Source: Trichoplax adhaerens
Taxonomy: Eukaryota > Animalia > Placozoa
Reading direction: 5' to 3'
DNA: 64,000 nucleotides
Assembly (NCBI RefSeq): GCF_000150275.1
Contig: NW_002060945.1
Coordinates: 6,749,607-6,813,606 of the forward strand
Shown here piece after piece: positions 53,295 through 64,000 of the stretch. Every line of letters begins with the position of its first letter. Positions within the stretch are counted from its first letter, which is position 1. The notes under the pieces are model-generated. The model had not been told where the DNA came from and ran no database searches. It saw nothing but the letters and a program-made list of their open reading frames with translations. Made by a program: the position numbers and the translations under genes.

Positions 53295-54149
53295 TTACGA
53301 AAGACCAGACAACCTTCTCTGATTCTTGTTACGATTCACAAAAGGAGAATTTTGGCTATCCTTTAAGGGTGATCTTGGAATATCAGTACCATTGGCAAGT
53401 TTAGGATAGAGAATTTTTCCTTTCATCATTTTATCAACACCAATATTTTCATTCTGAATTTGCTTCTTTCTTGGCTTTTTCTTTTTCTTTCCTTCAGTAT
53501 TTTCACCTGCTTGCTGATTGCTTGCAGGACATGAATTATTACTGTCTCGGGATGCTATAACCTCCTGTTTATCTTTTGACTGCTTATTATCATCCATTTT
53601 ACTCGTATCAAGGTGTAACGTTGCCAGTTTGGGTAGTACATCTTCACCTAATGATAAAGCGCCATCATCCACTTTTTCTTGGCCACTTACTGACTCTGTT
53701 AACTCTGCACGTTGAGCAAGGTTATCATCTTGTGTATCATTACCTGACGTTAGAGATGTATCAGTTGCTTTTTGCTGCATAACATTATCCTCGATAGGCT
53801 TATGATACGATTCCTCCTGTTGGCACTGTTCGATCTCACTGTCGGAGATGGTAAATTTGATTGCTTGACACTCGTTATCCAATTGACTAATCCGCTGACT
53901 AGCAACATAAACTGGAGTTCTAGCGAAGCGCATCGTCGGCGATCGTGGATCATCGAAGGATTCTAACTTATGAACAGGAGTCCGAGTAACGTTGATCGAA
54001 GGTGATCGTGGATCATCTATGCATGCCACCTTTTGAACTGGTGTTCGAGTAAAATTGGAAGAAGGCGATCGAGGATCATCGCCAAGCTGACTACTGACAT
54101 TAGAAGGTGACGATGGCACTGAAGTCTCTTTACCCACTTGCGATCCCAT
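53295..54149 (-). CDS. CDCA3: CDCA3/TOME-1-like disordered cell-cycle protein, 284 aa, single coding exon
   Basis: MGS start, three DPRSP-x5-RTP repeats and C-terminal RSPL...NSP. These motifs characterise CDCA3. Confidence 0.72.
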   Translation of the reverse strand: MGSQVGKETSVPSSPSNVSSQLGDDPRSPSSNFTRTPVQKVACIDDPRSPSINVTRTPVHKLESFDDPRSPTMRFARTPVYVASQRISQLDNECQAIKFTISDSEIEQCQQEESYHKPIEDNVMQQKATDTSLTSGNDTQDDNLAQRAELTESVSGQEKVDDGALSLGEDVLPKLATLHLDTSKMDDNKQSKDKQEVIASRDSNNSCPASNQQAGENTEGKKKKKPRKKQIQNENIGVDKMMKGKILYPKLANGTDIPRSPLKDSQNSPFVNRNKNQRRLSGLS

Positions 54150-54326
54150 GGTACGCGTCTATGACGATTAAACGAATAAAAGAAAATAAGAATTGGCTAA
54201 TTTTATTCTAACACAAGAGAAGAGGGATTCCTTGACTTAATCTAACTTGTTTTACTGGCTAAATTGCTGAATGAAACTGCTATCTGACAAGGAAGTTTGG
54301 AATTAATATCTGCTCATGTTGTCATT

Positions 54327-54408
54327 TGTAAACAGTTTAAAATTGAATGTTACCCGTATGAGTGAAAGTTAAAAAGTGACGCTAGCAGTCTCGAATCTGT
54401 GATTGGCT
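54327..54408 (-). promoter_or_regulatory. Candidate G2/M-type promoter elements of the CDCA3-like gene
   Basis: CCAAT on the minus strand at 54402-54406, CHR-like TTTAAA at 54336-54341 and forkhead-like TGTTTACA at 54327-54334. These are short motifs in AT-rich DNA. Confidence 0.35.
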
Positions 54409-54444
54409 GAAATTGTATTTTAAATAACTGTCATAGAGAACTGC

Positions 54445-54860
54445 CGTACTGTACAGTACAATCATTACAATACGTACTGTACTGTTACAGTACTGTACAC
54501 TGTAATGTACTGTTTTGTACAGTGCACAGTCGGTTCTGGTGCTACAATGTATTGTACTGTAGAAAAAACTTCTGATTGTACTGCGTGTGGACAGGATAAG
54601 GCCAAAGATTCCGTGACAGCTGTACAGTAGTGTACAGTACTGTACAGTGCACTTCTACAGTACGGTGTACTCTACTGTACAGTACTGTACACTGTACACT
54701 GTAAGCCAAAGATTCCGCAACTGCTGTCCTGTACAGTGCACTTCCACAATACAATGTATTGTAGAAGTACTGTACAGTGTACAGTACACTGTACTGTAGT
54801 CAAGGGTCATCGTCTTACAGTATGAAGACTGTAGTGTACAGTACTGTGTACTGTAGTTGC
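54445..54860. repeat. TACAG/CTGTA-rich array between divergent CDCA3-like and URB1 starts
   Basis: Dense tacagtactgtac units, with an internal duplication of gccaaagattccg...tgtacagtgcacttc at ~54601 and ~54704. Confidence 0.88.
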
Positions 54861-55223
54861 TTGCCACAATCCTGCTACTCGGAATCGACAATGTAGGGAC
54901 TAATGCACATAACAGCCCATCCGCTAATATACTCTAGTATCACTTCAGGAGAATATCAAATTTCCCTACTTAATTAACCTTAATCGGATTCGCAGCCAGG
55001 GAAACGTGTTGAATGCAGCGAGCAGCCTCGCCACTGCAAACACCTTGCAGAGGAAAACCTTCAAGCTTGGCATTCTTCATTCCTTGCAATCGCCTTCTCA
55101 GCATCTAAATTATCATCAAGTAACAAGTAAGAAATGTAATTGGGTGCAATTCGAGCTCGAAGATAACTATAACAACTCATTTATCATACGTGCAGTAGAA
55201 TCGTGATCAACGCAGGTTACATC

Positions 55224-58200
55224 ATGTCTCAGCTGGGAACAAAAATTAGTGCAGCGATGCTGTTGGTCAACAAGAATTGGACTGAGCTATCACTCAATCA
55301 GGTAAAGCAATCGTTCGCTGAGATGATCAACTTTATTCCATGCGCATGCTGAATACGTATAGAAGACTCCGCTAGTGTATAAAGCAATAAACGTAAAATA
55401 AGCAATAGAATAGCCAACTTTATTTTTGCACCTACCTGCGGAGACCAATGCTGTGCAAATAGTTCTCATATTCGGGCATTGCTCAATTTTGCTTAATAAG
55501 TTCATCAGTCGACTATATCGTCGATCAATCTTCTACTTCCAGCTATTTGACACCTAACTATAACTATTAACATCATGTTAGGTGTTTATTACCCTGCTAC
55601 TAATCCATTTTGTATTTGTGATTAGTTAAATGACGCCTTCGATAAAATACACCAGACACTGGATGATGTCAAGGAAGAGAAATCTAATGTGTCAGCGGCC
55701 ATTAACATTGTCAATAGCATCATAGAAAAGCATATGAGATGCCTTTATCGCTGCTTTAGCAGGAAACCGATTGATATTGAAAGTGTTGCTTTTTGTTTAC
55801 AATTGCTAACTTCCATGGTTGATGTCAATACTATTACAGCACGTGAGGTCTCTTCCAACTTTAATTTTTCTTACAAACCATTCACCAATTTAGCACGCCG
55901 GCATTATGAGGTAATGATAATATAAACCAATTATACTTTGCAATAATATCCAGAAAACCTTAATCAAGTCCATAAGCACGATATAGACCACCCAAATTAA
56001 ACGTAAACAGATTTAGTAAACTTTGCAACTACAAGAATTTCTCTTCTACTATTAATACCAACCATGATCAAAATTCATAACATCAGAGTAAACGAATGAC
56101 CAACTACCATGTGCAGAATAGTCTTGAAGTATCCTTGCTAGTAACTTAGATAGTATCGACTCAATAAAATAAAATATTTACTTAACACAATCCTTACTGC
56201 AGTAATAAACCATAATTAATAAAAGTAGTTGTTTGTAGATCTAATATAGAAATGACAACCAGTACTGTACTATGGACTACAAGTAGAAGACCTTCTAGCA
56301 GTCCTTGCCAGTACATAAGACATGCACAATTGCACATAGCGATACATTTTAGTTGTATGCATTGTCATAAATAAAACTTCTTCTTATCATTCACAAAAGT
56401 AAAGTAAGATTGATAGCATAAATACATGAATTTTTTATACTATGATAATACAGAAGAAAGATAGCCCTCGATACCATTACATCAAGTTCGCGTTAGCAAT
56501 TCTACGATGTGGAGATTTGGAAGTTATCACACAGTCTCTGAAACTAAAAGGTCAGGTCTAACAGTCAATTCGATTATACTATTTTCGAACTACCGCAACT
56601 ATCGGCATTCTTGGAACTAATAAAGTTACTTCCATAATCATTTTGGTAGACTTTTTTCAAGTCATTATCAAAAATCTCACCGACGATCCTCCTGAATTAA
56701 TTTTAAATGTTTTAACGACATTTCTTGATAGGGTATGAAATATTAAGTGTATTCTATCCTACGCCAGTTATGGCAGGCAATTGATCAAAACCTTTGATTG
56801 CCATTTTATTAATTTTAAAGCACTCTGAACTAATAAACTACGTTACACAGGTGATAAACAATGCTGAACTCCCTAAGAAGATCAAAGTGTTATTTTTTAA
56901 TAGCTACAATTTAAGTCAGTTTGCTAGCCTTTACAGTAATACACAAAGTATCCCAAAGAGTAATCCAACATTACAATCAAATTCCAATTTCGACAAGCTA
57001 ATACGGAAGTACCAATCGGATGATTCAAACAGAAATGAAGACACAATTTCTATCCGCGTGCTAATACACACTTTCCTTTGTTATATATGCTGTTCTGTTA
57101 AGCATGGAGTTTGTTTCGCGAGTAAATCTATTACCGAAAATAAAAAAAGGTTGGTCCCTTTATTGATCTATCACATAAAACTTTTACAATACCTTTTAGA
57201 GATGTCAACTACGAGTACTATCATCCATGTATATACAGTATCTTTACGGAATATATTTTTAATCACTATCTTATCTATGCATTTATATCATTCAGGTCGA
57301 TGACAACTACCAATAATCCTATTCTTCTGAAATTTTTACAAAATATCAACAAAATGAATGATGATACCCTCGTACAAAACTTAATATGTCGGATTGCTGC
57401 AAATTGCCATGATGTAGCGTTTTCCTACGTGCAAAATTTACCTATAGCGATAGAACCGACAGCTTCTAATTGGGTACCAAACATGACATTGCTATGCAGA
57501 GTATGTACATACATACTGTAACGCTTTTCATCAATCACATTTTGAAAATTTGTACCATTTACACTCTATCGACATAAATTAGCATTTAGTAATACTATAT
57601 AATCAATATTTTAAATCTAACAATCCTTGTATGCAGCTTCTTACCTTATTACCTAAGCCTCCCGCGGAGCTATTGCCTACGAATTGTAATACCCAAAACA
57701 TCGCTGATACAATTTTACCTTACATAATTCCAGCTATTGTAAGTCGTTCGACTTTGAGTCGTATTTTGCAGGTAAGAGTTTTTCTCAAAATTACCTGATA
57801 AACGCTTTATAACCTGGGTTTTCAAAGTCCTGACTTCAATAACCAAATACGCGTATATTCTATTTACCAGAATCCGTCCCACCTAACACAACTTACTGGA
57901 TTAAATATTCTACTCATACTGCTTCAACGAACTATCGATTTTGTCAATATGCAAAGACAAATCATCGGTAACTCTAACGATGGCATCTTAAATGTTACAC
58001 AAGCATCACTTTTCGCTCATCTACCCGATATCAAAACAATAATTAAGATGAAGTCACTACTATCAGGTACCATTTACTCAACGTCTTGTCTCTCTGTTGC
58101 TAAATATCATTGTAATAACTGTATACCGTTGATCCCTTATTCGAAATATTCAAAGTTGAAATGGATTTAATATATTTTTAAAAGATTCCGGTGAAGTACT

Positions 58201-61200
58201 TGATGTAGTTAAATTACGCTTCGTCCAAGTAATGAGAAAGTATCAAGAATTATCGCCTACAATATTTCAAATGGAAAGTGGTAGATTCGATGTCAGCAAT
58301 ATGTTATTGCAGACTAGAGAGTCCACAAACGAATCACTAGAACTCGAACTCATTCAATTGCTATCTAATGTTCCTATTGATAGCTTTAAATGGCTGCAGG
58401 TAAATCTCATTTAAATTGTGTAAGTTGCATACTATTTTCTAAGATATTTTTATTTTCTATATGAAATATAGACCAAGTCATCTAGCAGCTCACCTTTCAG
58501 AATATTGCTTTCCATATATCAAAATACAGCACGTAATCAGACACGAAAATTGACACTTTCATTAATTCGTAAGGTATTACCTTATATAATTAATGTCCGC
58601 TACATTATCAAATAGACAATACTAATCTCAATTACTTTAAAAGCAAATTTGATGCATAATTATGCACTTTTAATTTTTCTACATGTACAGATTTTAGCCA
58701 ATACTGGACTATTTGAGAAAAATGAGCCGGAAATTGATTTATGGATAGAATGCTTGAGAGATCATAGTGTACACGATATAGCATTCATAAATGATTGGTT
58801 AGATGAAACGATAAGGCAATTATTGCAAAACCCTTACGATGCGATAGGTGTTCTAACTTCCGAAAACGCAAAGGCAGCGACGTCCCTAAATAAAGGAGAA
58901 GGCCCTAGGTAATTGACAGAAAAATCTATGTAATTTTTACTATTTCAAATATTTCATTCATATTGCTGGCCCTACCTTTTTTAAACTTTTGTAATTTATC
59001 CTTTAGTCTTCCATGCAGTCCTCTTGCAAGTGCAAGCTTACTATGTTACTCCAGATATATGGAAAGTGACAAAACCGAAAATTACCCAATCCTTAGTAAG
59101 TTATAACGCCAGATTGTTATAAAAATTTTATCAAATTACTGCATTGTTCTTCGTTTTTGAATATTTTCCGTTAAAATTAAAGGAAACTTGGCACAATATT
59201 TGGGTAGGATTTTTAAAGGTATCAGTCGCTATCGGTGTGACGTACTTGGAATTGTTCATAAATTAGTTCTAAAAGTGATCGATAAAGAAATCTTGTCTTC
59301 TAGGTAGGCGCAAGTATAAATGTAATTAATTATCAGACTTCATTTTCCATCATATATTCACTGAATGGTAAAATTGATATCATTCATTATCGCTCTGTTT
59401 TAATTGCCCATGGCATATAGCAAATCGTTAATCTTTAATATGTGGAAGCTACAACATACAAGCATAGTCCTATATCATGGTAATCTTGACAAATTTCTCT
59501 CCGGATTCTGGCCTAGTGACAAAATTGAACAGGTGAATTCTGCTTCAACTAAAATCGTTATATTATGGACTCTAAAGTTTATTTATTTATATAGGCTGTA
59601 AATCCTACCATCAAAGACAGCCTAAAACTTGCTATGAATCGAATAAAAATCAAAGAAAGTATGAGAACCTGAACTTCATTAGCACTATCTTTAATATTTT
59701 GTGGATCTGTATTAAATTTTGCATCATATTGGTGTTTCATTGTAGATGAATCAAGATCCATAAAAAAAGAATTATATGAATTACTAGCGCCTCTAAATTC
59801 TAATTCAATTTATAGCTCATTGGGAGATATTGTCAATTTCTGCAAAGACTTTCTAAAAAATGATTATGAAGTTGTTATCAACATTGTAAGGCGTCGATCC
59901 TTAATTATCATAGGTATGTCGATGATTACTGCTGAAATGCTATAATTGTAGTAGATGTAATATTTGAAATATATTATAATTTTTTCGTAGGAAAACCTAT
60001 TGGAGAAGAATGTCTAAAAGCATTACTAAATCAGTATACAATATCAGATCTACTTGAAGAATTGTTTTCATTATTAATTGACTCCGTCATTGTAGCTAAC
60101 AGCGAAAATAGCAGTTACATAATACCATTATCGAAACGTAAAGCTGAAAATAACGACCTCGAGGGAACCTCAGTATCACCTAGGAAATTAAAGAAGCTTA
60201 TTACTAGCGACTCAGAACCCTCTTATCAGCACACTGATATTAAGTTGGAACCTTATATTTCTACAATTGTGCTTAATTCTATCAAAACATCCATGATTTC
60301 TTCGGATAATGTCGACGTACTATTAAGAGAGTTTTTGTACTATGTAGCTATGGTCATGTCAAGCTTTCATATAGAAAAAGCGGTGAGTTAGTAATATCTT
60401 CGAGGAAAATAGCCTAGTAACAATTAAACTATCGTAACTTTTATTATTTCATAGGTATCTGATGAAGTAGAACTTATAGTTATCCCAGCGTTCGAAGAAT
60501 TTTTTAATAAAATTTGCAATTGGATTGATAAAGTTAAAGCAGTTGATAATAATGCCGAGTCCCTAATATTGAACATCGCCAGTGTAATATTGCATAACTG
60601 TTTGATCGATCTCTGTTTTGAACTCAATTACAGCCGTAAAGCATTATTGAAGACCTGGCTGCTCGGTTATGCCAGAGTTGTATTTACAACTTATACAAAA
60701 TTAAATCATGGCAATTCTAAGGAAGAACTTAAAGATCGTTTTATAATGAAGTATATTTCTAAATTGGGCTGTAACTACGATCTACTTGTGCACGAGCAAT
60801 CCCAATTAGATGACTACAGTAAGTCAAGCGAACAACATTGCAAGCAACCATTATGATAATTATTTTATATATTATTTTGTAACCATACTGCAACTATCTT
60901 TTTGATAGAGAATCCTGACAACATCGATGTAGATATATGGTTGCGTTTGGTTCGTGAATTTTGTTCTAGCTTCGATGCAAAAAGCAACTTAAAAATTTTG
61001 AATATCGTTCTTCAATCAAAGTTGCCTCAGGATGACTTTAGATGCACCATTTCGTCAGTTCTTCCACATATACTACGAAATGATACCCTAATTAGTCAGA
61101 TGCCGGAAAATCTTTGGTTTAACCTAGTGTCATCGACAATAAATGAAGATTTCGGATCTTTAGAAACAGCTATAATAGACGTTATGCTTCAACACGTTAA

Positions 61201-64000
61201 CATACGTCCACTACCATTAAGCACTGTAAATTATTGCTTAAAAAATAGCGGTATATTACATCTAAGTGTCCTGACGGCATTGATTTTAGATAGTCCTTTG
61301 CATGTGATGATCTTTGAAAATCGAATATTATCAAGCAAATCCATTCCTCTTGAGTCTGAAACCTCCGAATTTTTAAAGCTTTTGGTTCATTACTGCGAGA
61401 ACGTTAACCAGAATAATAAAATATCTGGCAAGTACAATACTCCACACTTACGATTATACGCCGAAATTTACGTTTTCAATGAAAATTGTACTCTTTGTTC
61501 ACGCTTTACCGTAGGTTACTCTTACTTATAAGACAATTTCTTTCTAGTTTCTTGTCTAAAGATGTTTGCTGAAATGTTTTGGCCAAATGCTTTTAACCTG
61601 TTACACAGTATTCCTGTAACATGTGATTCTCCGAATGAGGTTAGGGTATTAAGTAAATTCAATATCGTATTGATCAAGAAAGAATGTCTGAAGTTCTACT
61701 CTTTTTTTCTGTAGAAGCTGATATACAAGATTGTGTGTCACTTATGCAAACTTAATCGTAAGTTCTGAACTTATACCAAATGATCGAATGCAACTTTAGT
61801 AATAATTATTATATTTCTCACATAAAAAGTTATACCAGAAAATATTCGTGATGTCTTGCATGAAATAATAACAAATCTACTGCATCGTGAAGACTTTATC
61901 TGGAATAAGTACAATTATTCTCGATAGAGTAGAGACTTAATTCAATGTTTACTCTGTTTTAGTAACCATAAGAATAATTATGATCTAGATACCAGCTACT
62001 TATACTTGCAACCGTAACGGCAAAGTTGGATAGAGAAACTGAATTATACTTCATCACGGCCTGCTTTAAAGGTTTGCAAAAATTATTGGATCAAAAAGGT
62101 AAAATATCCTAGTAAATACATCGAATTCTATTTGTTTATATCAGTCGATACTGTTTAACATTCTGGTCATCAATATCTGCTTAGTAGACGAAAACCAAAT
62201 TACTCTAATGAGTCAGTATTCAAGCATCGTCCAAGCTAAACTAACGGAGGTTTGTAACTATTCGAATAATTTACTACAATAATTAAATGTTTTCTAAGGT
62301 GCGTATATAATCCCTTAGATGCCTTTATTTTGCAGAGTTTATGTCAAAGTTCTACACTTGAAATCGATTTTTGGAAAAATTTTGTTGATGCCATTTGCAT
62401 GTACGTGATGTACCTTAAATTCGTATATCATCATCGCAACATTCAGCAATATTCGTATTTAGAAGCTCTTCAATAATACACTAAATATATTTTCTCATAT
62501 CCGCAGGAAAGACACTTTCTTCAAACCTACCATAGATACCTTAGTTACAAGTATAGATATCATTTCCAAGATAAAGCCGCAAGATATCTCCGAACAACTT
62601 ACAGTATTGTATCGACACTTCATGGTATTGATCTCAACTCATAATAGTTTGCTACCACTGTTTGCGACAGAAAAAAGTAAATCAGCTATCATGCTCCGTT
62701 ACTAGCATTTTTGTAACTGTTCGATGATCATTATGTAGAATAAATACGCAATATTGGACTGTACTATAAGAAACAAAAATTTTTATTATGTAACGGGTTT
62801 GCCTCAGAAACAATTATTTCCCCTTCATAGATGTTACCGAAGATGATGAATGTTCGATATTGCAATTGCTTATCACCATTGAAAATTTGTCATCCGGAAG
62901 CTGCTGCGAACAAGATGATCTGGTACCGCTGCTGTGTATTTATACAGCCACATTAAAGAGGAAAGGTATGTTTAGTCCATACGTAATTCCGTACTACATA
63001 TTACTATGGTATTGCTGTGCTAATAATTAGCGTACTTCGATTATCGTAATTTAGATCAACAAACACTGTATCTCCTACAGAAATACGAATCGAATGATTT
63101 TCCGATAGCTAATGTTTGGTATGAATTATTAATTATCAATGCTTCAGTCATAACATAATTTAAGTAATGAGAAATTATTGTAATACTTTGATGCTTAAAT
63201 CTCCGGTCTTTAAGTTCACCTATAATTTGGGGCCCTGCTGCTAAAGAATACTTTAAAAATCGAAGTAAATCTGCTAGCTTTCAAACTCTCTGGGAACAAC
63301 CTAGTATGCAGGAAATTTTATCAATTCTAGATCGTAAACAAATGAGAAAAAGTATCATTAATTTTCCTTTATCTCGCAATTTAAAGGTACATATGTTAAA
63401 CTACTTGCGTTGTAATAAGCTGCGTGCAATATTCCTGTAGAGCATTCATGAAATAATACAGAATGTTGTTAATGTCATTGCAGGCGAAAATAGCACATTG
63501 GACATCATATTCCGACGATCCTACTCTATATGATCCTTGTTTCCTGTTACCACTCTTTTGTGGCCTGCTTCAACCAGGTACCGGCTTGAATGTAAAATAC
63601 AATATCATGCTAAAGTCCCTGCAGTTTGCTTAATTTCTATATCTGTGAACATTAGGTTGTGTTGTTGACTGTCATCAATTCCTGGAAAGAGATTGTTTAT
63701 GCTATTCTGCAGCTGCTCTTACCTCTGACGAAGATGATATTCGTGCCATGGGTTACTACATTTTAAGCACGTTTGAGTCAGTTGCCGCTGATAGTAGATT
63801 TCGCGAAAAAACTCAGGTTGACGGAGTCTGATATCAATACGCATGTTGTAATGCTACGCACTTAGTACCACTGATTAATTATTATTGATATTCGATTTAG
63901 ATTTTCATGGTACTAGACACCTTAAAGAACAGTATCACTAGCCCAAACTACAAGCTAGCCGGCATTACAGTCAATTTAATTGCATGTTACGTCGATGTTG
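55224..64000 (+). CDS. URB1: Nucleolar pre-ribosomal-associated protein 1 (URB1/Npa1); many exons, 3' end outside window
   Basis: N-terminal Npa1-like INIVNSIIEKHM...CLQLLTSMV...AREVSSNFNF and YIKFALAIL. TGLFEKNEPEIDLWI. C-terminal NopRA1-like YDPCFLLPLF and AALTSDEDDIRAMGY. The start codon was inferred from splice phase. Confidence 0.88.

Noticed and set aside
56129-56137. U12-type donor-like GTATCCTT
   Set aside because: It lies inside an ordinary GT-AG intron, not at an exon boundary.

Overview
AT-rich, compact, intron-rich eukaryotic (animal) DNA. The short GT-AG introns, low GC and basal-metazoan-looking proteins suggest a placozoan such as Trichoplax; this is an inference. In order, the genes are: two intronless tandem multipass membrane paralogs (-) with XK/Xkr-like motifs; lysosomal acid phosphatase copy 1 (-); TPGS2 (+); acid phosphatase copy 2 (+); TEAD/scalloped (+); WDR48 (-); NDUFB2 (+); GTF2E2 (-); a CDCA3-like gene (-); and URB1 (+), which runs off the end of the window. 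There are three 50-N gaps (7523-7572, 18237-18286, 31257-31306). Four things stand out. (1) Arrays of palindromic TACAG/CTGTA (TACAGTACTGTA) repeats sit almost only upstream of gene starts. (2) An ~80-bp inverted repeat pair brackets the whole second acid phosphatase gene. (3) One Xkr-like paralog keeps the DxxSD and ExxPQ motifs and has a DEID|S caspase-type site, while its sister has lost them. (4) Several degenerate satellites are present, one with a 3-mer higher-order structure. Exon structures were read by eye, and no database searches were run.
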